In this document: in pieces, positions 7,193 to 16,882 of the stretch
Numbering within the stretch: position 1 is the stretch's first letter
Layout of the letters: the number at the start of each line of letters is the position of its first letter
Source of the DNA: a virus
DNA length: 64,000 nucleotides
Direction: 5' to 3' (one strand)
Virus record (IMG/VR): IMGVR_UViG_3300049855_000609
Span: 1 to 64,000 of that record
Notes under the pieces: generated by a model
What the model was told of the DNA's origin: nothing
Seen by the model: only the letters and a program-made list of their open reading frames with translations
Databases searched by the model: none
Position numbers and translations under genes: made by a program

Positions 7193-9610
7193 ATGAACAC
7201 TCTCATTTCCCTGGAGAAGACCAAACGTCTTACACAGCATCAGAAAGAACAAAATGATTTCGAATGGTACAAGTATCATTTGGATATGCTCGATGCCCGG
7301 GGCCTGAACTCCGGAAATGCTTTTAGTTTTGAGAACCCTGTAGATGATGAGTATGCCAATATGAAGGTCAACTATGACCTGGTGAACAACATCATCAACC
7401 TCCGCGACTTTGAATATGTGTGTAAGCCTTATGGTGCAAAAAGCGGGGAACTGCCGGCACAGCTCACCAACAGGGATATAATTTCCGGGAAGATAAAGGT
7501 GCTCTTAGGCATGGAAGCCAAGAGACCCTTTGGATGGAAAGTAGTAGCCGTGAATGAGGAAGCTACTACCCGAAAGGAGCAGGAGAAATTTGGAAGGATC
7601 AAGCAGTTTACCCTGGACCAGATCATGATGCCTATCCGGCAAAGGATAGAGCAGCAGGCCATGGAGCAGACCAAAGGCAGACAACTGACAGAGCAGGAAC
7701 AGCAGCAACTGCAACAGCAAATAGAACAGCAGGTGTCTTCACAGACCCCGGAGGAAGTGATGAACTATATGAAAAGGGATCACCAGGATCCGGCAGAGGC
7801 ACTGGCACACCAGCTATTGGAATACCTGGTCCAGAAGGAGAATATCCGCAACAAGTTCAACAAAGGGTGGAAGCACTACCTTGTAGGAGGAAAGGAGATA
7901 TACTGGTGTGGTATTATCCGGGATGAGCCCGTATTGAAAGTGATCAACCCACTGAGGTTTGCACATGACAAGGCCCCGGACCTGGATTACATTGAAGATG
8001 GCATGTGGGCTATGGCAGAGTACAGGCTGACACCGGCAGATGTGACCAGGATATTTGATCTGACAGATACGGAAGTGGAAGACCTGATGGGGGACTATCC
8101 TTTTGGTGGTGATCCACAAAGAATGCAGAGCTTTACTTTTACGGACAACTCCGAAGATGAAGGATACACTATCCGGGTGATACATGGGGAGTGGATCTCT
8201 GAAAGGAAGATAGGCTGGCTGAGTTACATGGATCCCGAAACAGGAAAGCCGGAAACTATGCCGGTACCGGAACAGTATAAGCTGAACAAGGAACATGGGG
8301 ATATATCGATTGAGTGGACCTGGATCCCGGAGAAGCATGAAGGATATAAGATAGGGAGGGACCTGTATAAAGAGATGAGGCCGGTTCCCTGGCAGCATAC
8401 AGATCCATCCAAGCTTTATGATACCAAGCTTTCCTATATGGGGGCCTGCTGTGACAATATCAATTCCCGGACCACCTCTCCTGTGGACAGGATGAAAGCC
8501 TATCAGTATTTCTACAACATCCTGATGTACCGCATAGAGTTGCTCATAGCCTCAGATAAAGGAAGGCACCTGGCTGTGAATTTGAACATGATACCTACCA
8601 GTGCCGGCATAGATGTCAACAAGTTCATGTACTTTATGGAAGCTAACAAGCTGATCTTCCTGAACCCGAATGAGGAAGGTAACAGGTCAGGATCAGACAT
8701 TTCCACGGCCACCAAAGAGATAGACATGTCCCTGGCTTCCGATATAGCAAACTACATCAAGCTCGCGGAGTATATACAGATGCAGTGTGGCAATTCTGTA
8801 GGCATCACCCAGCAGATGGAAGGGCAGATAGGCCCTAATGATGCCGTGAACAACACCCGGCAGTCACTGATGCAGTCTTCCCACATCCTGGAGCCTTACT
8901 TCGAACAGCATAACATAGTAAAAAGAAATGTGCTCACCCAGTTGCTGGAAGTAGCTAAAGTGGCCTATTCGAAGAACAAGACCAAAGCACTCTCTTATGT
9001 GCTCGATGATCTGAGCATGCAGATGCTAAACCTGGATTCGGAGTTGCTTTCAAATTCTACCTATGGATTATTCGTAAGTGATTCCACCCGGGCATTTGAA
9101 ACCAAGCAGATGATAGAGCAGCTGGCACAGGCTGCCATGCAGAACCAGGCTATTGACCTTTCTGCTGTCATCAAGGTACTCCGGTCAGAGAATGTACAGC
9201 AGGCTGAGGAGATGCTGGAAGTGGCTGAAGACAAAAAAGCCCAACAGAACCAGCAGGCTGAAGCACAAAGACAGCAAGCACAAAAAGAAATGCAGGCAGA
9301 GATGATAGCCCACGAGAAAGAGAAGTGGAACCACGAGAAGGATATGATTATCACAAAAGAAGCAGAGAGAAGGGAGACCGAGCTTCAGAAGCAGGCTATG
9401 CTGTCTGTAGGGTTTAATGAGAATAAGGATGCCGATGATGATGGCCAGCTGGATGTGATAGAGATCTACAAGGAAGGAGAGAAGGCTAAACTGGATGTCC
9501 GGAAGCAGGCTTTGGAGGAACAAAAGTTTCAACACCAGCAGAAAGTTGACCAGGAACAGCTTAAATTGAAGGAAAAAGAGATCAAAGTAAAGGGCAAAAG
9601 TAAGAAATAG
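7193..9610 (+). CDS. Portal protein
   Basis: 805 aa directly after terL; IISGKIKVLLG.E.KRPF, GITQQMEGQI, Gln-rich C-terminal barrel, D.DDDG..D motif typical of crAss-like portals. Confidence 0.9.
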   Translation: MNTLISLEKTKRLTQHQKEQNDFEWYKYHLDMLDARGLNSGNAFSFENPVDDEYANMKVNYDLVNNIINLRDFEYVCKPYGAKSGELPAQLTNRDIISGKIKVLLGMEAKRPFGWKVVAVNEEATTRKEQEKFGRIKQFTLDQIMMPIRQRIEQQAMEQTKGRQLTEQEQQQLQQQIEQQVSSQTPEEVMNYMKRDHQDPAEALAHQLLEYLVQKENIRNKFNKGWKHYLVGGKEIYWCGIIRDEPVLKVINPLRFAHDKAPDLDYIEDGMWAMAEYRLTPADVTRIFDLTDTEVEDLMGDYPFGGDPQRMQSFTFTDNSEDEGYTIRVIHGEWISERKIGWLSYMDPETGKPETMPVPEQYKLNKEHGDISIEWTWIPEKHEGYKIGRDLYKEMRPVPWQHTDPSKLYDTKLSYMGACCDNINSRTTSPVDRMKAYQYFYNILMYRIELLIASDKGRHLAVNLNMIPTSAGIDVNKFMYFMEANKLIFLNPNEEGNRSGSDISTATKEIDMSLASDIANYIKLAEYIQMQCGNSVGITQQMEGQIGPNDAVNNTRQSLMQSSHILEPYFEQHNIVKRNVLTQLLEVAKVAYSKNKTKALSYVLDDLSMQMLNLDSELLSNSTYGLFVSDSTRAFETKQMIEQLAQAAMQNQAIDLSAVIKVLRSENVQQAEEMLEVAEDKKAQQNQQAEAQRQQAQKEMQAEMIAHEKEKWNHEKDMIITKEAERRETELQKQAMLSVGFNENKDADDDGQLDVIEIYKEGEKAKLDVRKQALEEQKFQHQQKVDQEQLKLKEKEIKVKGKSKK

Positions 9611-9646
9611 CTATTAGCTCCAAAGTTAGAGATTAAAGAAAAAACC

Positions 9647-9678
9647 TTGAAGATTATTAATTTTAAAACTTAAATTTG
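9647..9678 (+). promoter_or_regulatory. Bacteroidota-type sigma-A promoter candidate
   Basis: TTG (9647-9649), 21-nt spacer, TAAATTTG (9671-9678), matching the -33 TTTG / -7 TAnnTTTG consensus; lies in the gap upstream of the capsid operon. Confidence 0.5.
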
Positions 9679-9685
9679 TTTAAGC

Positions 9686-10882
9686 ATGAGTAACAGTGAT
9701 GCGAAGCCGGAAACACTATCTTTAGCGGATGGGTTCTGGGAAGAAGATCAGGATTTCTTCGGTATCGGAGAAACCAAACAAAAAGAAGAAAGCCCGGAAG
9801 GCATTCTGGAGGAGATAAAAAGAGAAGATCTCCCAGCTGTTGAAAAAACAGAGAAGCCAGAAAAACCGGAGAAGAAAAAATCGGAAGAGAAAAAGCCGGA
9901 GGAAAAGGAAGAGGAAGAAGAAGAGGAAGAAGAGGAAGAAGAAGAGGACTTCTTCGATCAGAAAGGAGAAACAGACCAGAAACCCGCTGATAAACCGCAG
10001 GGTCCTGATCTGGGAACAGAGACAAAACCAGAGTTCTTTAAAAGTTTAGCCTTAGATCTGAAAGATCGTGGTGTGTTCTCCAATGTGGAGATACCGGAGG
10101 AGGTGGAAGCAGAGACTCTTGTAGAGCTGTATGAGAAGGAAATGGAAAGCCGTATTGACGAGACTTTCCAGGGATTCTTCGAAGAGCTTCCCGATGACGG
10201 AGTAGCCTTCCTTAAATTCCTTAAAGCAGGAGGAGACTCCCGGGTATTCTTCCAGGCATGGGGATCTTCCCGGGAATTGCCAACAGCAGACCTGGAATCT
10301 GAAGAGGGCCAGAAAGCTGTACTGGAACACTACTACCGCAACATTGAAGGACTGGATGCAGAAGATACAGAGTCTCGAATTGAGTGGGCTGTAGAGAACA
10401 GGAAGTTGGAAAAGTTCGCGCAGAAATACCATACCACGATCCAGGAGGCTGAAAAAGAGAAAAGAGATGTCCTGCTTCGTCAGCAGATGGAAACTCAGAA
10501 AGCAGCTGAAGATCAGAAGAAAGCTTTTGAGTCTGAGCTGACAGCAGCACTGGAGAAGACAGATGAGGTAAAAGGGATACCCTTTACCCCGGAGTCTAAG
10601 AAGAACCTGATCCCGTTCATGACCAAGCCTACTGTAAAGATAGGCAAGAACAGGTACATCACAGGGCTTCAGGCTTGGGTACAGAAGATATTCTCAGACC
10701 CTGACCGGTCAAGATTACTTCTGCTGGCACACATGGGACAAACAGACTTTAACATGAAGCCGGTAGAAAAGAAAGGCAGAACAGAAGCTACCCTAAGAGT
10801 AAAGGATGCAATACTCCGGGGTAAGGATAAAAAAGACATAACAACAGGGACAGGATCAAGATCGATAGCAGACTATTTTTAA
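9686..10882 (+). CDS. Acidic scaffold-like protein upstream of the major capsid gene
   Basis: Poly-Glu tract, coiled coils, position between portal and MCP as in crAss-like phages. Confidence 0.7.
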   Translation: MSNSDAKPETLSLADGFWEEDQDFFGIGETKQKEESPEGILEEIKREDLPAVEKTEKPEKPEKKKSEEKKPEEKEEEEEEEEEEEEEDFFDQKGETDQKPADKPQGPDLGTETKPEFFKSLALDLKDRGVFSNVEIPEEVEAETLVELYEKEMESRIDETFQGFFEELPDDGVAFLKFLKAGGDSRVFFQAWGSSRELPTADLESEEGQKAVLEHYYRNIEGLDAEDTESRIEWAVENRKLEKFAQKYHTTIQEAEKEKRDVLLRQQMETQKAAEDQKKAFESELTAALEKTDEVKGIPFTPESKKNLIPFMTKPTVKIGKNRYITGLQAWVQKIFSDPDRSRLLLLAHMGQTDFNMKPVEKKGRTEATLRVKDAILRGKDKKDITTGTGSRSIADYF

Positions 10883-10917
10883 CTAACAATATTCACTAAC
10901 AACTAAATTAAGACAAA

Positions 10918-12366
10918 ATGGCAAAGGTAGAAAGTAAGCTGGTCACCAAAAGAATGCCCTGGCATGCGAACATGACAGAGCTGAATCACTTGGGTGCAGC
11001 ATTAATCGCAAAACCGGAAGTATTCGAAAGCAAATTCAATAAGCTGTTCACGGCTTACCAGTACTCCGACAACCCACTGACATCAGTGTTGACCTCGTTC
11101 ACCGCCGGTGAGCGTAACAGTACCACCACTTCCTGGGAGTGGCCCCTGAAAGGAGCAAACACCAGGCCGCTGGTTTCCATGGGAAACATCAACGCTTCCC
11201 AGACTCCGGGAGCTGGCCGGAATACTTTCATCCTGAAACTGGATGAGAACTGGTTCGTAGAAGGGGATATACTCCACCCGGGTACCTCCAACAAACGCTA
11301 CCAGGTGCGTGTTCAGGCTGATCCTGCACGTCATGGCTCCGGCTGGGCTTACACTGTCCGTCTGATGGATGATACCTTCACCGCTGCTATGCCTTTGGCA
11401 TACCTGGCCTCCGGTCAGAAATGGGCTAAGCTCTTCTCTCAATACGGGGAAGGTGGCCAGAAATCCGGTTCTACCCAGTACAGCCTGCCTATCACCCTGC
11501 AAAACAGGATGAGCCGTTTCCGTAAGGAATATATGGTGACCGGTGACGCGGCCAATGAAGTGCTGGCAGTTAAAATTGCTGACAGTAATGGCAAGATGCA
11601 CAACAGCTGGATCAAGTATGCTGAAGTGGAATACTGGCAACAATGGTACAAAGAGATCGAAAGAGGTCATTTCTATAGCCGCAGCACAGACACGGTGATC
11701 GGTGAAAATGGCCGTCCTATCTACTCTGGCCCCGGTATCCAGGAGCAACTGGAGGATTCTCATATCCACCGTTACTCCCACCTGACAGCTACCCTGATCG
11801 AAGAATACCTGATGGACATCTTCTATTCCCGTGTGAGACCTGGCTCTGGCCGTAAGATCAAAGCCTTCACCGGTGAGTATGGTATGCTGATGTTCCACCG
11901 CGCTATCCAGGCATGGGCTGACAAATCCGGCTTCATCAAAAACGTAGAGATCTTCACCGACAAGGTAGGCTCTCCGTATAATGCCAATGCACTGGCTGCC
12001 GGCTACCAGTATGTGAAATACCGGATGGCTAACGGAGCTGAAATGGAGCTGATCCACTGCCCGTTGTACGATGACCGCGAGATCAACTTCGAAATTGACC
12101 CGGTAACAGGGTTCCCAACGGAGAGCATGCGGTATACCTTCCTGGATTTCTCCAATGAAAATGCAGGCAATATTCAGATCGTAAACAAGACCAATGGTAT
12201 GGCACTCGGCTATGTAGCCGGCCTTCAAACCCCATTTGGCCCTACTACCGGAAACAAGGCTATGGCACACTCCGGTGACTATTACGAGATGCACGTTAAA
12301 AAACAATGTGGTATCCACATCGAAGATGTGAGCCGCTGTGGTGAGCTGATCCTTTCCAGGAACTAA
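10918..12366 (+). CDS. Major capsid protein
   Basis: 482 aa; crAss-like MCP motifs (WEWPL.G, QNRMSRFRKEY.VTG, SGPGIQEQL, NG.EMELIHCPLYDD); highly expressed codon bias; followed by a hairpin. Confidence 0.9.
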   Translation: MAKVESKLVTKRMPWHANMTELNHLGAALIAKPEVFESKFNKLFTAYQYSDNPLTSVLTSFTAGERNSTTTSWEWPLKGANTRPLVSMGNINASQTPGAGRNTFILKLDENWFVEGDILHPGTSNKRYQVRVQADPARHGSGWAYTVRLMDDTFTAAMPLAYLASGQKWAKLFSQYGEGGQKSGSTQYSLPITLQNRMSRFRKEYMVTGDAANEVLAVKIADSNGKMHNSWIKYAEVEYWQQWYKEIERGHFYSRSTDTVIGENGRPIYSGPGIQEQLEDSHIHRYSHLTATLIEEYLMDIFYSRVRPGSGRKIKAFTGEYGMLMFHRAIQAWADKSGFIKNVEIFTDKVGSPYNANALAAGYQYVKYRMANGAEMELIHCPLYDDREINFEIDPVTGFPTESMRYTFLDFSNENAGNIQIVNKTNGMALGYVAGLQTPFGPTTGNKAMAHSGDYYEMHVKKQCGIHIEDVSRCGELILSRN

Positions 12367-12385
12367 TCATCAAAAATATCTGATA

Positions 12386-12409
12386 AGGGAGGGGCTGATG
12401 CTCCTCCCT
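12386..12409 (+). terminator. Stem-loop after MCP (terminator or RNA stabiliser)
   Basis: AGGGAGGGGC-tgat-GCTCCTCCCT hairpin; weak U-tract. Confidence 0.55.
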
Positions 12410-12449
12410 ATTCAGAAAAAGGTTTATATTTACTGCAAAAATTTATTTT

Positions 12450-13247
12450 ATGTTAGTAGAAGTAAGACCAATCGACAGACAAAAGTGGCATGGCAAGAAA
12501 GGCAAAGAAGCCTTCGGACAAGCCCAGACCATTGAAGTTCTTTATGATTCCCAGACGGGACAGTATGCAACAGGATTGACTCCGGAAGATGCAGAGAAGT
12601 ACGGTAAGATATTGGGACAGGACCTGTCACCTATATTTGACCCGAACAAGCCTCACCCCTTCTGGTGTTCACAGGCAGCCAGGATCAAACTGCCTATTCA
12701 CACCCTGATGCTGGACACAGACCGGCCCTCAGACTTTGTCAAGGTAGCCAACCTGAAAGCCAGCAAGTTTGTGGCCAACTCCTATGATGAGTGGCAGAAG
12801 GGAATGTTCCCGGAAGCTACCCACATCATCTTCTCGGAAGAGGATGAAGTAGCCATCAAGGCCAGTAAGAGTGAGAAACGCGATGCCTGTGTTACATTGA
12901 AGGTCAACATGAACAAGGAAGACAAGATCAACCTGATCACGATCCTCGGTGAATCCAATACCAGTGCCCGGGGAAAAAGTGACAACTTTGTTAATGTGGA
13001 AATTGACAAGATCATTGACAGCAAGCCTGATGAATTTATCCGGCATGCAAACATGGACAAAACAAAACTGTATGTAAGAGCAGCAGTACTGGAAGCCATC
13101 CACAAAAATATTCTCACCAAGGAAGGAACCGCGGTGTACTATTTAGGGGATAAACTGGGATCCAGTGTAGACGATGCAGTAGCATACTTTGAAGACCCGC
13201 AGAATCAGCAATTAAAGATCAGAATTTTAGAACAGTTAACCAAGTAA
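12450..13247 (+). CDS. Conserved crAss-like protein downstream of MCP
   Basis: Synteny; motifs YATGLT.ED, HPFW, LG.SVDDAVAYF.DP.NQ.LK. Confidence 0.75.
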   Translation: MLVEVRPIDRQKWHGKKGKEAFGQAQTIEVLYDSQTGQYATGLTPEDAEKYGKILGQDLSPIFDPNKPHPFWCSQAARIKLPIHTLMLDTDRPSDFVKVANLKASKFVANSYDEWQKGMFPEATHIIFSEEDEVAIKASKSEKRDACVTLKVNMNKEDKINLITILGESNTSARGKSDNFVNVEIDKIIDSKPDEFIRHANMDKTKLYVRAAVLEAIHKNILTKEGTAVYYLGDKLGSSVDDAVAYFEDPQNQQLKIRILEQLTK

Positions 13248-13250
13248 GCG

Positions 13251-13976
13251 GTGAACATAAGGGAGATGCACTATGACCTGAAGCAGAAGCTGAACAAGGT
13301 GGACAGTCAGAAATACCGGAATCTCAGGATCCCGGAAATAGACTGGAAGCTGAATGAGGCCCAGGGCATTATCATCAGGACAGTAGCAGAGCCGCGGTTT
13401 AAGAACTTGCTTGGTTTTGAAATAAATCAGAGATCCACGGATGATATCCGGACAGTGGTGGTGAACCAGGATACACTGGCAGGAATGACCCCTGTGTTGT
13501 TTGACTCAAAATCTTACACCATAGCCCTTCCTACAGATTACTGGTACCTGCTCAGCATAGACAAGATGCTGGCAAGTAAGGGAAACTGCAAATCTGTTGA
13601 AATGGAGAGTTATCACATCATCCAGCACGATGATGAGAATGAGATAAGCCCGTTTGACAGAAGCAGTTTTGAGTGGAGAGAGATAAACTGCCGGGTGAAC
13701 AGTGCCGGATTGAGGGCCTATGTAGATGGCAGCTTTTCCATAGATAAAGTATGGATCAGCTACATCCGCAGACCAAAGTTCATGCACAATGCCGCTGACT
13801 ACACTTCCGGGACCTACAACACCCTGGATGGAACAGCGCTGACAGGAACACAGGACTCTGAACTGCCGGATACCATTCACCCGGCTGTGGTAGACCTCGC
13901 AGTGCTGTTGATCTCCATGGACTATGACATGCAGAACGTAGAAAGGAAGCAAGTAAAAATTAAACTGACCGAATAA
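13251..13976 (+). CDS. Tail ring / head-tail connector protein
   Basis: MH..LK.KLNKVDS..Y....PEIDW.LNEAQ...YIRRP...SELP..IH..VVDLAV, the crAss ring-protein pattern. Confidence 0.75.
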   Translation: MNIREMHYDLKQKLNKVDSQKYRNLRIPEIDWKLNEAQGIIIRTVAEPRFKNLLGFEINQRSTDDIRTVVVNQDTLAGMTPVLFDSKSYTIALPTDYWYLLSIDKMLASKGNCKSVEMESYHIIQHDDENEISPFDRSSFEWREINCRVNSAGLRAYVDGSFSIDKVWISYIRRPKFMHNAADYTSGTYNTLDGTALTGTQDSELPDTIHPAVVDLAVLLISMDYDMQNVERKQVKIKLTE

Positions 13977-14005
13977 ATTGATTAACTTTTTAAAACCAAA
14001 ACAAG

Positions 14006-15442
14006 ATGAGCAAGAATAACGATGTCTTCAGAGTCCTGGTAGCCTCAGGTGCCCAGGGCTTATTAGCCGATGGTGGGGCTGTTACCACCTTAGCTCCCGG
14101 ACAGGTGGGGGTATTTAACGCGGAAACAGGCCTTTCTGTTGACACCACTCAGACAGTGGCTGAAATGGGCAGGGAGATCTACCTGGCAGTAGGTGTAGAC
14201 CGTGATGGTGACACTGTTCTGGATGATGTAGTCCGGACACCAAACATCCAGGCTGGCTCTGTCCGTTACTTGAATGCCCTGTGTTATCAGCCTGCTCAGT
14301 CACAGATCGTATCCATTACGGATTTCGCTGCCAAGTGTGACACTGAATACGCGATCAAAGTGGGTGTGGAAAACCCGGAAGCTTATGCCAATTACGGCTA
14401 CAATTTCCCTTTCAAGACCTTTACAGCCAAGACCAGCTGTTGCACCACAGAATGTGGTGGATGCCCGGAAGGAAGCTGTACAGAGCTGGCAAGCCTGCTG
14501 ATAGCCTCTGTCAATGCTGATGAAGAGAACATCTTTACAGCCAGTGGCTTCACTCACCAGGGTATGCTCGAGATCACTGCTGGCACTGTTGGTGGTGATG
14601 CTGGTACAGTGACTGTGGATATCGGCACTGAAACCCATGCTATTGAACTACTGGATGAGAATACCGATGTTCAGGTGGCAGCCACTATTGCTGCGGCCAT
14701 CAATGCCTCTACTACCACAGCTTATGTGGCTGTTGCATCTGATGAGTATGTACTCATCTTCCCGAAGGTGGTTACTGACACGATCTCCGCTACCATTACC
14801 TTTACAGATACAGACACTACCTCAGCTGCGGCCACAGAAACCCAGTTTGTGAAAGTCTCTGTTCCGGACATCGATGCTTTTGCAGAAGCAGCTCCGGGAG
14901 CTTGTGTAGGTATTCTGATCGAAACCAATGCCATTGGCCTGGAATCTTACTGCAAGGTGAACCTGAAATATGAGTTCCCGCGGAGCACTAAGATCACGGT
15001 TATCCTGGCTGAAGGTTTTGCCTGCAATGGTACTACTGCTGTTTTACAGGAACTGGCTTACGAGCAAGGCTCTGGCTATGACATCGCGCACCTGGAATAT
15101 CAATCCGGTGGCTGGACAGGAAAACCGGGTCCATACCGTCAGTCTACCCTGGTAGGGGAGTCCATTGGAACCTTTGACAGCTTTGCCGTTAAATCCGGCA
15201 AGTACTCTGTCCTCCACATGGCTTCTGACAATAACATCACTGCCGGCTGGAACCAGTATCAGAATCCTCTTGCGGTGACAGTGGCTGTTCCTTGCGGTGA
15301 AGATGCCTTGATCATTGCCCTGATCGATGTACTGGAGAAATTCACCAGCCTGGCTATTGGTTCCGGTGTGGATAACTGCAGTTGCAGTGATCCTGCAAGT
15401 GGGTTGCCGGAAAATCCATGGGGTGCTCCAACAGTAGGATAA
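14006..15442 (+). CDS. Abundant structural protein (auxiliary capsid protein-like)
   Basis: Synteny, Thr/Ala/Cys-rich, L.PGQVG.F and YEQGSGYDI..LE motifs; followed by a strong terminator. Confidence 0.65.
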   Translation: MSKNNDVFRVLVASGAQGLLADGGAVTTLAPGQVGVFNAETGLSVDTTQTVAEMGREIYLAVGVDRDGDTVLDDVVRTPNIQAGSVRYLNALCYQPAQSQIVSITDFAAKCDTEYAIKVGVENPEAYANYGYNFPFKTFTAKTSCCTTECGGCPEGSCTELASLLIASVNADEENIFTASGFTHQGMLEITAGTVGGDAGTVTVDIGTETHAIELLDENTDVQVAATIAAAINASTTTAYVAVASDEYVLIFPKVVTDTISATITFTDTDTTSAAATETQFVKVSVPDIDAFAEAAPGACVGILIETNAIGLESYCKVNLKYEFPRSTKITVILAEGFACNGTTAVLQELAYEQGSGYDIAHLEYQSGGWTGKPGPYRQSTLVGESIGTFDSFAVKSGKYSVLHMASDNNITAGWNQYQNPLAVTVAVPCGEDALIIALIDVLEKFTSLAIGSGVDNCSCSDPASGLPENPWGAPTVG

Positions 15443-15466
15443 CTCTCTTCTTCTTTTTCATAACCG

Positions 15467-15501
15467 AAGGGCAGGTAGTAATTAACTGCCTGCCCTTTTT
15501 T
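15467..15501 (+). terminator. Rho-independent terminator
   Basis: AAGGGCAGGTAG-loop-CTGCCTGCCC followed by TTTTTT. Confidence 0.85.
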
Positions 15502-15512
15502 AAATCTGCAGC

Positions 15513-16358
15513 ATGATCCTTTCCAACGTAAATTGTAATTTTATCAGGATACAATCAGACCTGGTTACAGCATTGCTTGCAGATCCGGACTCCTATGTAT
15601 CCATGAAAGCAGAAGTGATCAAGAACTGCTGCTCCAACCTTACCTATAATACCCAGCTGGATATCGGCGCCATGGCTACCTGGAACCTGGAGTTGTGGAC
15701 TACAGCCGAAGAAGGAGATGCTATAGTAGTCAACAAAATTTACTTCAAGAACCTGATCACCGGTATAGAATCAGAGACCGGCCTCAGTTTCGAATATAAT
15801 GCCCAGAACTGTACTTTAGGGTTTGCCACCTTGCAAACTGATCTGAATACTTTCTTTGGGACACTGGCTCTGCCTCCGCCTACTGCTACCGGTACTGTCA
15901 TAGATGGCACCTGCTATCTTCAATTAGAGGAAGTTCCCTATCCTTATGTAATGACAAAAGCCTCCTATACTGACGGAGGAAATGATTATCCATTACTATT
16001 TACCTATGGCGCGGAGACAGGCCTTTTTGGTTCAGGTGGCAACCTGTACCTCAGCCCCCAGGTAATGGGACTGGATGCTTTCACAGATGGGATCTACACC
16101 ATTAAGATCACCCTGACAGAGCCTAATGGAGCTTATGAGGAAGAGACCTCCTGTTTCTTCATGGATTGTACCATCAAGTGTAAGGTGGCTGAAAAGCTCA
16201 GTACTCTGACCACGGACTCCCTGGTGCACATCATGTACCAGGCCCTGCTGGATGCCAACAACTGTGCCTGCCAGTGTGAGGAGATGTGCAAGCTGTATGA
16301 AAAACTCCTGGTTGAACTTGGAATTGTTTCTCTCACCTCTAATTGTGGTTGTAGCTAA
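15513..16358 (+). CDS. Cys-rich tail hub/collar-like structural protein
   Basis: DGIYTI.I, CFFMDCTIKC, CACQC..MC and a C-terminal NCGCS, as in crAss tail-hub-like proteins. Confidence 0.55.
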   Translation: MILSNVNCNFIRIQSDLVTALLADPDSYVSMKAEVIKNCCSNLTYNTQLDIGAMATWNLELWTTAEEGDAIVVNKIYFKNLITGIESETGLSFEYNAQNCTLGFATLQTDLNTFFGTLALPPPTATGTVIDGTCYLQLEEVPYPYVMTKASYTDGGNDYPLLFTYGAETGLFGSGGNLYLSPQVMGLDAFTDGIYTIKITLTEPNGAYEEETSCFFMDCTIKCKVAEKLSTLTTDSLVHIMYQALLDANNCACQCEEMCKLYEKLLVELGIVSLTSNCGCS

Positions 16359-16882
16359 TGGACAGGAGTTATCTTTCTGGAAAGAAAACAGGCAACCAAA
16401 TTTGGGGAGGACAGGGCCAATGGGCAGGTCCTATCAACAGCTTTTTGGGAGACAGTACCTTTTTTTTGGAACTGGATGCTTATGGTATCCCCCTGGAAGG
16501 AGATGGCTTTCCTTCAGAGATGGAATTACCACCTACTGTAGAAGTAGACGGTAAAACTGTTTTAGATACCAGGAACTACAAGTGTACAGTTCTGGACATC
16601 ATTCCTTCTCTGATCACAGTAGAAGAGCTGGACCTGAACTGCAATACTACATATCGGAAAGCTTACCAGGACTATTACATGAGAAAACTGGGATGCTTGC
16701 CGGTGAATGCTGCTTGTTATAAAGAGGCATTTTGTGACACAAAAATAGAGACCAATGTGGTCTGTACTTTGTGTATATTTGAATTGGATAACCCTTGCAA
16801 TCCTTGTCTGTATCCATTGGATGAAGGAGCAAATTACATAAGTCGAATAACCAAAAATATAAGCTCGCCATGTCAAACATAG
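16358..16882 (+). CDS. Cys-rich structural protein
   Basis: TAATG coupling with the previous gene; located in the tail module. Confidence 0.55.
   Translation: MDRSYLSGKKTGNQIWGGQGQWAGPINSFLGDSTFFLELDAYGIPLEGDGFPSEMELPPTVEVDGKTVLDTRNYKCTVLDIIPSLITVEELDLNCNTTYRKAYQDYYMRKLGCLPVNAACYKEAFCDTKIETNVVCTLCIFELDNPCNPCLYPLDEGANYISRITKNISSPCQT

Noticed and set aside
9880-9950. GAA/GAG tandem-repeat-like tract
   Set aside because: It encodes the poly-Glu/Lys linker of the scaffold-like protein; not a separate repeat element.
11083-12318. 411-aa antisense ORF inside the major capsid gene, and the many other minus-strand ORFs within 783-59876
   Set aside because: Shadow ORFs caused by sense-strand codon bias; no recognisable motifs.
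5020-12366. Introns or inteins in terL, portal or MCP
   Set aside because: ORFs are continuous and of normal length, with no intein C/HN termini or LAGLIDADG motifs seen.
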